Assembly (NCBI GenBank): GCA_010909165.1
Contig: MU008173.1
Coordinates: forward strand, 1,276,883-1,340,882
DNA length: 64,000 bases
Direction of reading: 5' to 3'
Origin: Anthoceros angustus
Taxonomy: Eukaryota > Plantae > Anthocerotophyta
Under the pieces are notes generated by a model. It did not search any database. It was given only the letters and a program-made list of their open reading frames with translations, and was not told where the DNA came from. Below, piece after piece: positions 10,956-22,970 of this stretch. How positions within the stretch are numbered: position 1 is the stretch's first letter; the number at the start of each line of letters is the position of its first letter. Position numbers and translations under genes: made by a program.

Positions 10956-13325
10956 GTCTCGTTCCTCACTCTTGGAACTCGAATATCTACATGTGGCAAC
11001 AGGCTATTTACCTCTCACAATGAATGCGGACGGTGCATGAAGCAGGCATGCATTGGTTCAGTGTCGTTAGTCAGGCGTGCATTGGTACAGGAGCCTTCAA
11101 GAAGCCAATCCCTACACAAGGGGGTAAGCATGTCATCACGTCCTCATCAGGGATAGGCAAGACACACATTGTCAAGATCGACTGGACGTCTGTATGGCAC
11201 CATGGGCTGCCATACTCATCCGCATCTCCTTAGACTCAAACTATGGACGCCCTTCATCCTCAAGATGCGCTAGAGAGCTTGGAAATAAAGTTTTCAAATA
11301 AGACACTCAAGGTCGTCTGGAGGCTGATGAGTTTATGTGGTGCGTATAGGTTTCCAAATTATTTTAAAGAGAATTCTTACCGGATAGACACTCAAGGACC
11401 TTAGGTTTGATGAGTTTGTGTGGCACGTATAGTATCATCTATATGAATCCATCATGGATCTAGAGCTGCTGCAATAGGATTGACATCCTAACATTCTTAC
11501 ATGTGTGAAGTCGTCTCATTCATGACATGCTCACATGAAAAAAAAATTATGGACCACCTTTGGAACAATTAAGGCACATATGAACTCAATACCTTGATTT
11601 AGTCATTTTCACAATGTAAATAAGTAGACTAAAGTCTCAACACATAAGCCTTGTCTGTTAGATATTATTGGCACTCTCATTTTGATTTTGCCGTTGTGAG
11701 ATAGTTTTCCTCAATCACAGCAGCACGTATTATCATCGAATTGATTCCAATATCATTAAATAAAGCCTCTGCAGAATGTTCACAATGTTGTCAAACATGG
11801 GAGACTAAGAGACCTTATTTTGAAAAAGAGATGAGAAACCTACCTACCCACAAGAAGAGGAACAACTCATAAGGATATCAAACATGAAGATTACCAAGGA
11901 CCTCCCAAGGAGCAATAAAAAAGAGGAGCAAGCACCGTGTTGCAGGTAGCATGCTAAGAGTCTTCAACTCATTCAACTCAACCTGGCATGTCAAATAGAG
12001 AGCTATGATGCTCCAATCTACTAAATCTTTAAAACTAAGAAAATATTGGAGCACCTGTACTCTCAAGCCATTGAAAGCTGTGGACACATTGGACACTACT
12101 ACGTACCTTCATCACATAATAAGTTCAAACATCCAAAAAATGTCCATGGTCCTCCAAGGGGTTTTGGTCTGCCCAAGTTAGTGACCCTCATAGTCTCCCC
12201 AAGTTACTTGTAGCTCAGACCTATGTACATAGAAGGGATGGACGGAAGGACCCAGCAATCCCGCCTGCGGTCTCGCCTCGTCCCTCGGGCCTCACCCGAG
12301 CACACCAGGAAACCAGGAAATCAGGAAACCAGCAAACCAGCTGAGCTGTCGATCCCCATCCGAGGAGATCCACCAGTTGGTCACCTTGACTCCGTACCAT
12401 TTAGCAGCCCGACTGGGTTTAATGAAGCAGTGGAGCCTTTATCAGCTTGAGGGCAAAGTCGTACGATCGAGTTTATGGACGCCTCGCTTCGGTTTCAGAG
12501 CATCTGGCTGTGAAAATTGATGGCAGAGCTTCTAGAAAGAGAGGGCAGTGGCAGCGCGGTCACGGGCGACGGCCACGGGCGTGAGTCGTGACACACTGTA
12601 TACGACGATGATGATTGTGATTGGTGGAGGCGTGAAAACGAAAAGCAGGGAAGTGAGCGAATGATGATAGCGGGGGAGGGGAGGAGAGAACGTGGGCGGG
12701 AGATAAAAATAGTGGGATATCCATTGAAAAATGTGCAAGAGGGGAATGGAAAATTGGGCATGTCAGAAGCCGCTTATCCAGAGCAGGGCAGCGAAAGACG
12801 AAAGACAGGAAGGAAGATGTGTTGGGGCCAGGCCATGCCAGGCCAGGCCAGTGATGAGAAGGCACCACAGTACCACACACTCCCCAGTCCAGGCGGGGCG
12901 CTACAGGACACAGCTGCCCTGCCCTGTCCTGTCCACTCTCCGACTGTCGCGCGTGCTTGCTTCTTGCTTCTTGCAGCTTGCAGCTTGCCCGGAGCCGCAC
13001 CGTTCCCCGCCTTGCTTTCCTCCACCCGACAAGACGCGCTCGCCGGGCGAAGAAGTGGCCCATGTCCGACCCCGACCCCGACTCCGAATCCGACTCCCTC
13101 TCCCTCTCCCTCTCCTCCCCGAGTGGACCGGCTTCGGCTCCGGCTCCGGCTCCGGCTCCCCGGCTGCTGGCTGGGTCTGGCTCGTCCGCAGGGAAAGGAA
13201 AAGCAGCCCCCAGCCCCTCGGTCCCCCTCGGAGTCCCTGCATTGGCATGGTGAGGCTGCAGTTCCTGCTCCTGCTCCTGCTCCAGCTCCCGCTCCCCCTC
13301 CCGCTCCCGCTGCAGCTGCTCTCCG

Positions 13326-15068
13326 ATGCCTGAGGCGGCTGCGGGACTGGACGCCCCGGAGGCGGACGCCGGGGCGGCGGGGGAGTTCGATTTCAGAACT
13401 GCAGCTCGCTTCGCAGGGGAGGGGAACGGGAACGGGAACGGGAGCGGGAACGGGAACGGGAACGGGAACGGGGAGTGGTCGCCCTTGCACCCGCGGGCTC
13501 TGCCGGGGGCCGCCGGGAATGGAGCTCCTGGAGGGGATGCCAGGCTCAAGGCGCTCAAGGAGGCGCAGAAGCAGCAGCAGCAGCAGATGTGGAAGTGGCC
13601 TTTGTATCCTGGCACTCCCGCTAGGAATTTCGCGCAGTCGCAGCCGCAGCCGCAGCCGGCCGTGGCTATGGCGGAGAAGCGGGCCGTCGGGGTGGAGGCG
13701 CCTTCCGGAGGAAATGTGCCGCAGAGGTTCGGTGCTGTGAAATTCAATACTGCCATCGCGGTGAAGCCGCCTCGGTCCAAGTGGGACGACGCGGAGAAGT
13801 GGCTGGTGAACACGGGAGCCGGGGATTCCCCTGCGCATCCGCAACAGCAGCAACAACTGTTACAGCAGCAACAGCCACAGCAACAACATCTGATTCTGCA
13901 GCAACAGCAGCAGCAGATGCAGGTGCAGGTGCAGCTGCAGAGCAAGTACCTTCGGGCAAGAGGAGGAGGCTCGTCCTCGATTGCGGAGAGCTCGGATGGA
14001 GAAACCGGATCCTCTCGCACTGCGGAGTTCGTGTTTCCCACGGCGGGGGCCGGGGCTGTCCCGGCGGCCACCTCCCCACCTCCCAGGCACAAGCAGCTTC
14101 TGCAGCAGCCGCCCCGGCGGAACGCGGGGACGGGGATGTCGGGGAGGTTCTTCTCCGCAGAGGATGTGCCGAAGAGGAGTGCGCGGCCGGCCGCGGAGCA
14201 GGAGGCGGAGGCGGAGGCGGGGGGAAGCGCCCTGTTGGATGCTGCGGAGGACGGGATCGGTAGCTCCATGGGAAGCGAGGCGTTCAAGGACAAATTCGCG
14301 GACTCCGTGGTGGAGCAGCAGCCGCAACCGCAGCCGCAGTCACCGCAGGCGCAGGAAGGTCAGATTGTGGTGTCGCACCGGGACATGGGGACACAAATGA
14401 CTCCCATTCCCAGCCAGCGGGCGTCCAGATGCGCCACGCCGGGCCGGGCCAACTCGCCGTCCCGCCACAACACGCCGTCCCGGAGGTCCGCGTCGCTGGG
14501 ATCCATCTGCCTGGACCTGATCGAGCTGCAGACCTGTCACCTGGCCAAGCTGGAGCTGCGGCAGCTCTCGGAGGGCGTGGAGGGACCGGGGGGCGCCATG
14601 CTCGTAAACGGCCAGGGCGCGGAGCACGGCAGCAGCAACTGGAGCACCAAGGAGGAGGAGGAGGCGGAGAGCAGCAAGCGGCTGCGCCAGATCGACCTGG
14701 CCGAGGTGCGCAAGAGCGTGATCGAGGCCCGCACTGCGGCGTGGCAGGAGGCCGAGCAGGCCAAGTACCTGGCCAGGTTCAAGCGGGAGGAGGTGAAAAT
14801 TCAGGCGTGGGAGAATCACAAACGGGCGCAGGCGGAGGCGGAGATGAAGCGCATCGAGGTGAAGCTGGAGAAGATGCGGTCCCACGCCAACGAGAAGGCC
14901 ATGAACAGGCTCGTGTCCGCCCATCGGAAAGCCGAGGACATGCGCGCCATGGCTCAAGCGAAGCGCAGCGAGGCTGCTGCTAAGACCGTTGCTGGAGCCC
15001 AGCAAATTCGCCAGACGGGCCGCATCCCGCATCGTCCTTCATGCTTCTCGTCCTCCTGCGCCTCCTGA
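13326..15068 (+). CDS. Remorin, group-6 type, intronless
   Basis: PSKWDDAEKWL-like (RSKWDDAEKWL), RDMGTQMTP and TP.R..SP motifs. Remorin_C coiled coil (AAWQEAEQAKYLARFKREEVKIQAWEN...KLEKMRS...RKAE) and a Cys-containing C-terminal anchor. PolyQ and (NG)n tracts. Confidence 0.95.
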   Translation: MPEAAAGLDAPEADAGAAGEFDFRTAARFAGEGNGNGNGSGNGNGNGNGEWSPLHPRALPGAAGNGAPGGDARLKALKEAQKQQQQQMWKWPLYPGTPARNFAQSQPQPQPAVAMAEKRAVGVEAPSGGNVPQRFGAVKFNTAIAVKPPRSKWDDAEKWLVNTGAGDSPAHPQQQQQLLQQQQPQQQHLILQQQQQQMQVQVQLQSKYLRARGGGSSSIAESSDGETGSSRTAEFVFPTAGAGAVPAATSPPPRHKQLLQQPPRRNAGTGMSGRFFSAEDVPKRSARPAAEQEAEAEAGGSALLDAAEDGIGSSMGSEAFKDKFADSVVEQQPQPQPQSPQAQEGQIVVSHRDMGTQMTPIPSQRASRCATPGRANSPSRHNTPSRRSASLGSICLDLIELQTCHLAKLELRQLSEGVEGPGGAMLVNGQGAEHGSSNWSTKEEEEAESSKRLRQIDLAEVRKSVIEARTAAWQEAEQAKYLARFKREEVKIQAWENHKRAQAEAEMKRIEVKLEKMRSHANEKAMNRLVSAHRKAEDMRAMAQAKRSEAAAKTVAGAQQIRQTGRIPHRPSCFSSSCAS

Positions 15069-15499
15069 TCTCCTGACCCTCATCTCTTCACTCTTCTGGC
15101 TGCTGGCTGATTTTTTGTTCAAGGCTTGTTAGCAACTTTATTCAAGTAACTCTTCTCTTCACTCTCCTGGCTGCTAGCTGATTTTTCTCAAGGCTTGCTA
15201 GCTACTTTACTCATTTACTTGTCTTCAGCTGCTTGATAGTTGTAATATGCCGCAAGGAGCGTAGGTAGCAGAACTGAGTGCAGATGGTTACCCTAAGCTT
15301 TTAGAAGCTTGTAGACCTTCTACTTGTCTAAAGCTTGCTTGCACGTATTGCTCTACATACTGCGTACAGACAGGGAATACTGGAGATTGTCTCCACTTCA
15401 AAACTGAGCAGTCTTTTAGCGCTTGTTGCACTAAATGACGTGACTGCCTAAAAGGAATCCTGACATACCTCTTTCCATCACAGCCCTAGCCAGTAGCCA

Positions 15500-16815
15500 T
15501 CAAGAGACAACCTTCTGCAGAAACTTATCTGTGGAGCTCTCCTTCTGTTCTTCTAGATCATGTGCAGAAAGCAACTCCTTCACCTCCTCATCTGCTACGG
15601 GGCCTGGGGGAGGGGGCGGTGCAGGGCCTGACACAGTCTGTTGATACAGAACTCCTCCGAAAATACAGACCAAAAGAGCCAGAATGCCCAGGGGGGACGC
15701 ATGCTTGTTCCACATAAGCACGTTTATGACAACCGTGAGCAGCTTGTTTACTACTCCAACCACGGTATAAGCTGTAGCTGAGATTGCCTTCCGAGCCGAA
15801 AAGCCGAAGAAGGAGATACTCAGCCCAAACACGCAGGAGGCAAGCACAGGGAGAACCACTCCTGGTGACAGCCAGTTCGATTGCGACCACATGGTAAATA
15901 TCTCCCTTTCCTCTCCCATGACCAGTAGCGTGGGAGGGAAGAATGCCTGCACATCACGTGACTCGTGATCAGTCGCACATACGAGCATCAGGCGTCATGG
16001 CATTCGTGATGGTGCCGAGAAGGGTTCCGAAACTAAAAGAGGTATTGGTGTGTACCAGAGCGATAAGATTATTGTACAAAACTAAGCCCCACGTTTTGAG
16101 CCCCACTGTCATGACCACATGCTTGATATACACCATCTGCAGAAACAGTTGGCAAGCTGTGAGCGCGCCTGTGCGGAAACCGAGTCAGGAGTAGTAGGCG
16201 GCAAAGATCGGAGTAGAAAATACCTCGAATGTGATGGTGGCTAGGTAGGACAAGGCCCAGAAGTAGGCAGTCACGGTGAACTGGGAGTCAGAAAGCACAT
16301 AGGCAACTGCACCCGCCAGAATCACTAGCAAGGAGCCGAAAGTGCTCCGGGAGGGCCAAGGCCTCCCCATGAAGAACGAGTCCGCTATAGCCACCATCAG
16401 AGGTGTTGACGATCGAAACACAATAAACGTCTGCATTACACAGCAAGAAGCCGCGTGGTGAGCGCATCAGCCTGGCAAACACAAAGGGAAAACCTAACAA
16501 TGCATGAGACTGTGCATCTCATTGATGTACCTCGACGTTGGCGTGCTTCAACAACTCTGTGTTGGTGAAGATGGCAACGTAAAAGACGGCGGCAGCAGGG
16601 AGAAACTTCTTAATCATCTCCCAGCTTATGGCATCGTGCTCCACCACCTTGAACTTCCCCAAGACGAGCACCACCAGAGTACACGCGAGGTACTGCAGCG
16701 CCGTGAGCACGGCAGGGAAGGGGAACACGGTCACCGCATACTTGTTGATGATGGCCAGCATGCTGGAGCTGAAGGCATAGCCGAACACCACGGTTCCCAC
16801 GGCTAGGAAATTCAT
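15500..16815 (-). CDS. GFT1: Golgi nucleotide-sugar transporter, GDP-fucose transporter GFT1/GONST4-like, 4 exons
   Basis: Exons 16815-16531, 16430-16224, 16136-16056, 15946-15500 (GT-AG, phase 0). Motifs INKYA, KKFLPAA, HANVETFIVFRS, EMVYIKH, LYNN, ISATAYTVVGVVNK. Closer to recalled GONST4/GFT1 than to GONST3. Confidence 0.88.
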
Positions 16816-19800
16816 GGTGCCCCTCCTGCTCGGAAGCAATGCAGCAAGCTCCTGGAATAAAACCTGCTCTACCAAACTGAGGCGCAGCGACGTGCTGTGC
16901 ACCACAGTCTCGAGCACGGCATCATCCTCAAGCTCACCCCAGTGTCACCCGATCTTCGCCACCGCCTCCAGAAGTCCGCACAGGCCGCATTCACCTTCCG
17001 AGCTACGCAATTCCCGTTGGTGGCAAAATGCGAGAAACCTGATTCACGATTGAGGTGCGCGCTGCGCCGGAACCCGCAACCCGCAACCCGCAACCCACGG
17101 CTTTCAGCGTTCCGAGAATAGTCGGGGACGTGCTTAGCGTGGGACAAGGTGGGAAGAACGAAAGAATTCGTCAACGTCTCCGCCGCTTCTCACTGGTCCG
17201 ATCGGTCACTCCTTCTCCGGGGCATGTTGTCGTCACGAACGCCGCTTCACGACTGGAGTGAATATCTTTTGCGTGATTAAATTGCGACAGCTTTTTCCTT
17301 TCCTTTTCCACATGGTCACTACCAACCATGTATGTACTGGTAGGATACGAACTGGTTCACAGGCATTTCAGACAATAAGCAAAACCATAGCACAAAACCG
17401 CCAAAAGCAGTTATTCGAATAAGCAGAAATAAAATATGTACAAAGCTGGCACCAAAACGATGCCAGAAATGCCTATGGGTAGGTACTACCTGGGCGGTCA
17501 GGCCCCGCCAGTCCAAGCACGAGATGCCTTTATTCCTTACTCCTGGCAAACCAACTACCTACATACTTGGCACTCTCTACCTCTGTAAGCCAAGGACTGG
17601 CCAGGCCGCCAGATAGCTCTTGACACGCTTCAGAACTGAACATCAGCCTTCCCATATCCTTGTCCGCATAGATGAACCTGCACCACTAAGCAGCTTGGGC
17701 ACATGGGCTGTCGCATGCGTGCAAGCATATGGCCACCTCAGGACTGACCGCGCCCAACACAGCGCATGACACGAGAGGGCACGATCTGGAATAAGCCTGC
17801 CTGAAAAGACCTGACCGCCACAATACGCGTAGCAATTCTGGGCACCAAGCCGTCGCCCTCTGCAAAACAAAGTTAAATGGGTGGGGCGCCTGCGTGCGTC
17901 TGCTTGTGGCTTGTCCCATTCTGTACCAGCCATTTGCGAAACACACAAAGGGGAGATACCCAAAGACCACTCAGAGAGCACAGCTTAAACAAATCATGCC
18001 AAATGTAATGGGCCACCAGCAATAGAACAGCAGGGTTAGCATCGACCGCACAACTGGGATGTACCAATTCCCCGGCCAGTGTACTTGTCGCCAGTGGCAT
18101 CGCCTACGCCTGTTGGCAAGCTCCATTATCTCACAATCCCGTTCACAGATGACCTCCGTCGCAGACACAGCCACTCCAGCCACTCAGAGGCCAGCAGAGA
18201 CCTGAAACGGTGGGACTTGTGGCCTTACATTGTCACAAACTTGTGCACGGGCACACTCCTCCCAAGTTTTGGACATTCCCCCGGCCCCCTCAACCCAATA
18301 CCCAAAAATAAACAATCTAAAACAAAGGGTGTCAATCTGAAGAGAACAGGAACTCGTACAACTCCATTCTAAACTTCAAAAGCAACCTGATAGACAATGG
18401 TATGCCTTTCAAAAAAACTTGAAAGCGTTCACAACTACCATTGAAGGCAAGCAACAACAGGTAAGAACTCGAGGTCATGATCTTGGCAGCGGACAGCCGG
18501 CCAACAGATCAGAGGGTCCAGTACAGAGCCTGCTGGAGGGGTGACTATTGGCTGGGAAGGGAGCAGAGCTTGTAAGACCCAGACAAAACTTCCGGTGTTA
18601 ATCATAGATACACAGGTGTGAGGTTTGGTTAGCTCTTGGGTGGTGGGTGGCACCCACCAATCCATACATCACATGAAATAGACGGATCACACCACATCCA
18701 TGTCATTCAAGTGTCAAAACTTATTCTCAAGCAAACTTCAAACCTTAGGGTGCATGCATGACAGGACTCACAACAACAGCAAGAGCAAGACCAACTATGC
18801 ACAGTTCGACACGTAGCAGCGGAAAACCAGATATCCAATATGATAAGAGAAATCGGGATTACAAAGTGCGAAGATGCACATATCAACTTAGTACACAACC
18901 ACGGACGAAAGAGACTCGTGCCGTACCGAACTGTGCAGTAGCTGTGCTCCATCTACCACATGTCACTGGACCTGTAGGGAACTTCTTCAAGGCTCACTCT
19001 CATGACAGGCAGGAAGAATATACACAATGTGGCCAGAACGTGGGGTTATACATAGTCTCCACAAGATTGCAACCAGTCTAAAAGCCTAAGACAGAGACCG
19101 AATTTAGAGTTGCAAGGTCAGCTCCTCTTGTCCAAAGCCAATCTTTTGGCACATGTACACTCTCCAAAGGAGGGGAACTATGGTTAAGAAAACATGTGAT
19201 ATATGCACACATTGTGCAAACGTGTTTTGTCATCCAAGAGCCACCTTTGAAGAGAAACAAGGTGACGAAGATCTGCTACTGGGCTGAGAAGCAGGAATAA
19301 CTTGTCAAGGCACACAGTCCTTTTCTCAGAAATGTTACCAAAAAAGACAACTGCCAGACACAGTTCTCCTCCTTCTGTTCCATTTGTCTCCACTCATTAG
19401 AAACCCAAATTAGTACGTCACGAACTCAAAGGCTTGAGCGATATCCCACATCAATGGAGAAGGGAAGCAATGGATCTGATCGGATAGGCGAGGACGCAGG
19501 AAAACTGGCCAAGATCAAGAGAAGAAGGCCGAATGTGACAGGTGACAAGATATGAGACCAGGACGGGTTTTGTGGCAGGACAGATGGAAGTCCTTATACA
19601 ACAGGCACATCTAGCCCTACACACAAGAGATATGTATACCCAAGAGAGTGTCCACGGGAGGCCAGAGGGGATAGAGACGGGACGGAACGAGAGGAAGCTG
19701 CAGTAATAAGTCTCCTGCACATCGTTCACAGCTCACCTAGCCTCTGGCAGGAAAGTGGGGCAGACTTACAGAGAGGTAGTAGTAATTAGGCGGTCTTGGT

Positions 19801-19887
19801 TGAGCTCCATAATCCACCCCCTTTCGTAAGAAGTCATCGAGCAGACAGGCAGCAACCAATAAGGTTTCCAATTACGACATATCAGCT

Positions 19888-21759
19888 TCACTTGATCGCA
19901 TTGTCGGGTGCCTGTGCCTGTGCCTGTGAGAACTTAAAGCCGATCACTGCAGCAATGTTCTGATTGAGAAGTGCGAACCCCTCCAAGAGCTTCTCCAGCT
20001 TGTCATTCACTCGCTCAAGCACACAAAGCTGAGGCCTGCGGCTTTCCTCCCCAGTGTGCCCCGTCCTCTCCACATGCTCCATGTGCTGCGTCAGCAGGTC
20101 CATCATCAGCTCAGCTCGATACTTCATGGCCTCCTCCCTCTTCTCCGAAGCCTCCAGCTGCGCCTTCATCAACATTTGCATCTCCTTCAGAGAAGAGCTG
20201 ATGCCGCGGGTCTTCTTCTCAACAGGATTCACACAGCCGGGGTCGTTGGCAGAATACAGGATATCCTCTCTCCCAAAATCCGCCGCGAACGCATCACCAC
20301 CGTCCTCCAACCGAGGGTCCCCGCCAAACACGTCTCCCTTGGAATCAAGATTGAGATACTTGTCCTCCAAGGCGTGCGCAACGGGAATCGCCCTGGCGTC
20401 TTGCGATGCCCCAGCCGCATACCCGGACCCGGCAGCAGCCAAGCGGGGAAGCGGAGTGAGGTTCTTCCCCGACACCTCGTACCAAACATCATAAAACTTA
20501 GGCTTGAGAAGCTCCCGCCCGGCAATGCTAGGATTCCAGGACGGCTCTGAGCGTGCAATCTTAGCAGAGAGATACCTGTAGTCCGTGCACTCCCGCCTCA
20601 CGCTCCAGTACTTGCTCTGGCACTGCTTCTTGGAGAAGTGCTTACCGAACCTCTCCTGCATGGCCTTGAGGATGGGAGTCCACTTCTTCTGGTACTTCAC
20701 CTGGCCGTTGCTCTCCTCCCACAGCCGCTGGTGGATGGCGTCGTAGGTCCGGAAGAGGAACTTGACGGACTCGTCCGTCCACGTGATGGCCTGATCCGGG
20801 GACGCGCTCTTCCTCTCGTTCTTCTTCTTCTTCTTCCCATCGCCGCCGGCCCCGGCCTCCCTCGATGTCTCCTTGCTGCTGGATCCGCTGTAGAGCGCGG
20901 AAGGGGAGCAGAGGCCGGGCGCCGCCTCCGCCTCCTCCACGCCCCCGCGTTTGCGCTTCTTTTTCTTCTTCTTGCCGTCCTCGGACTCGTCCACGTCCGA
21001 CTCGTCGTCCCTGGCTCCCACCCGCTTGGCCTTCCTCCGCCCGGGCTCCTTCCCCGCCAGGCCCTTGTCCCCGTGCCGCTGCAGCGGGTCCTCCCTGGGA
21101 GACGTCCTCTTGGCCGAGCGGGCCCGCGCGGGCTCCTCCTCCTCCTCAAACGGGATGTCACTGCGGTTGCTGAATTCCGGACTCCCGGTGGAGTTCTCAC
21201 TGCCCTCGCCGCCTTCCATCTGTCCCTCTCCCTTGAGGAATGCGCGGCCGGCCGCGCCCCCGCCGCCGCTCCTCATGATGCTGTCCACCACCACGCCCTC
21301 GCTCTGCACGAGGTGCTGCCACGCCGAGGACGCCAGGAACTGCTCGGAGAAACCCGGCAGAATCTGCTGCAGCGGCGAGCCCTGCAGCAGCAGCTGGCCG
21401 GCCGCTCCGCTCGCGGAGCCCGGCTGCTGCATCCAGCCCGCGCCGGGCAGGCCTGGGGCCCCGGATCCGATTCCGCACCCGCCGCTCACCGTCCATCCCG
21501 GCCCGTAGAGCTGCGAGAAGAAGGAGGCCCCGGCGGACGGCGAGAAGGGCGCGGGCACGAAGAATGAGGGCAGGAGGCCCGGGCGGAAGCCGGCGTCGTC
21601 CCCCGAGCTGCCGGAGGTCCCGGAATCCTGCTTCTGCAGATGCTGCGCCTGCTCCGCCCACAGGCACTCCTGCTCTTCCAGCTGCACTTGCAGCGGCCCA
21701 TCGCGCAGCGCCTCGTCCGGAGACGGCGAGGACGCGGACTCGGACCTCGCCAGCTTCAT
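19888..21759 (-). CDS. Myb/SANT-like (trihelix-type) DNA-binding protein, intronless
   Basis: WTDESVKFL...KKW..I...M...F...QCQSKYW helix pattern, Lys-rich NLS-like tracts and a C-terminal coiled coil. GC-rich coding composition. First ATG at 21759. Confidence 0.82.
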   Translation of the reverse strand: MKLARSESASSPSPDEALRDGPLQVQLEEQECLWAEQAQHLQKQDSGTSGSSGDDAGFRPGLLPSFFVPAPFSPSAGASFFSQLYGPGWTVSGGCGIGSGAPGLPGAGWMQQPGSASGAAGQLLLQGSPLQQILPGFSEQFLASSAWQHLVQSEGVVVDSIMRSGGGGAAGRAFLKGEGQMEGGEGSENSTGSPEFSNRSDIPFEEEEEPARARSAKRTSPREDPLQRHGDKGLAGKEPGRRKAKRVGARDDESDVDESEDGKKKKKKRKRGGVEEAEAAPGLCSPSALYSGSSSKETSREAGAGGDGKKKKKNERKSASPDQAITWTDESVKFLFRTYDAIHQRLWEESNGQVKYQKKWTPILKAMQERFGKHFSKKQCQSKYWSVRRECTDYRYLSAKIARSEPSWNPSIAGRELLKPKFYDVWYEVSGKNLTPLPRLAAAGSGYAAGASQDARAIPVAHALEDKYLNLDSKGDVFGGDPRLEDGGDAFAADFGREDILYSANDPGCVNPVEKKTRGISSSLKEMQMLMKAQLEASEKREEAMKYRAELMMDLLTQHMEHVERTGHTGEESRRPQLCVLERVNDKLEKLLEGFALLNQNIAAVIGFKFSQAQAQAPDNAIK

Positions 21760-22218
21760 GCTCTCACACATTCCCGTCTACCCGCACGCACCACGCTGCC
21801 AAAACCCCGGAATCCCACCCTGCCACCCCCTCGCCGTTCCGTTCCTGGTCCGCACCCCGTTGCGGATATTCCACGCCTCCGCGCACATGGGCAACCTATC
21901 CCGCATTTTCGCCCTATACTTTTCATGCCTGCCCCATTATCTTATCTACCTATGTACGTACGTATCACTTTTAACCCAGCCACGGAGCCACAGGGCCACA
22001 GGGCCACCACCAAGTTTCTAATTACAGTCCACGTGAGGACTTGAGCTCGTTTAAAAGTCTGATAATCTGGTCAATTGTAAATGCAAGTATTAAAAACTTT
22101 GATCACCTTATCCATTGTAAATACAAGTGCATTTACGTAGGCTGAGAGGAGTGCTGCCATCTCAAGTCAAACATCAATGAACTCAAGATCTCCTACTTAG
22201 TGGAGGTAGAAGCTTTAA

Positions 22219-22279
22219 CCAACAACAACAACAACTTTATTTGTCATGGGTCGGAGATAGTACACAGCGTAAACGAGGA
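22219..22279 (-). mobile_element. ~60-bp 3'-end remnant of the same LINE family as 44575-45705
   Basis: Shares (CAA)n-CTTTATTT and TCATGGG..GAGATAGTAC..CGTAAA.GAGG with 44575-44653. On the minus strand this reads AATAAA followed by a (GTT)n tail. Confidence 0.75.
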
Positions 22280-22337
22280 GCTATCTAAGATGGTTTTGTC
22301 AAAAATTCTTAAAGACATCCTAATGTTTTGAAAACTG

Positions 22338-22970
22338 GCATGAGTACAACAAATAAGAGTGTTCGACCCTATGGCGTACTCTGGATAAGGAATTGCATGA
22401 GTACGATTGCATGAGTACGACAAATGAGAGTGCCTGACCCAATGGCGTACTCTGGGTAAAGGAATTGCATCACGAGAGTGCCTGACCCTATGTGTACTCT
22501 GGATAAGGAATTGCATGAGTACAACAAATGAAAGTACCTTGCATTTACTCTAGTTGCCATTACTTTGGAAGACATATAAACTAATATACAAACTTGACAT
22601 TGTCGTACCATATACAATCCACCATTTAGACCGAGTAAAAATATTATTTAATTTCCATCTCGGCATCTCATCATCCCTGTGCCACATATGTACATTCCGT
22701 CATTAGGACCACATACCATTCCATCATTCGTGTCATCCCCGGTGCCACATATATTCCACCATTTGGACCACGTACAACATTCGGGCACTACGTTGCCGAG
22801 GTGATATTCCACCATTTGGACCACGTACAACATTCGGGCACTACGTCACCTCGGCATCGTGATATTTAGCACTGTGACATTTAGGCATCCCGTTATCCCG
22901 GCACTATGACATCTAGGCATCCTGTTATCCCGGCACCCAGTCGGTGCTACATCCCGTTATCCCGGCACCT
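22338..22970. repeat. Composite repeat block: ~58-bp imperfect tandem (22338-22533), 43-bp direct repeat (22751, 22804), 19-bp motif x3 (22886, 22918, 22950)
   Basis: Repeated GCATGAGTAC...TACTCTGG(A/G)TAA(A)GGAATT, ATATTCCACCATTTGGACCACGTACAACATTCGGGCACTACGT and CATCC(C/T)GTTATCCCGGCAC read directly. Probably a non-autonomous TE remnant. Confidence 0.8.

Noticed and set aside
12560-14293. 577-aa antisense ORF and other long overlapping ORFs around remorin
   Set aside because: Shadow frames of GC-rich, repeat-coded remorin sequence; low-complexity C/P/A translation with no domain.
20638-21567. 309-aa plus-strand ORF opposite the Myb/SANT gene
   Set aside because: Antisense shadow of a GC-rich CDS.
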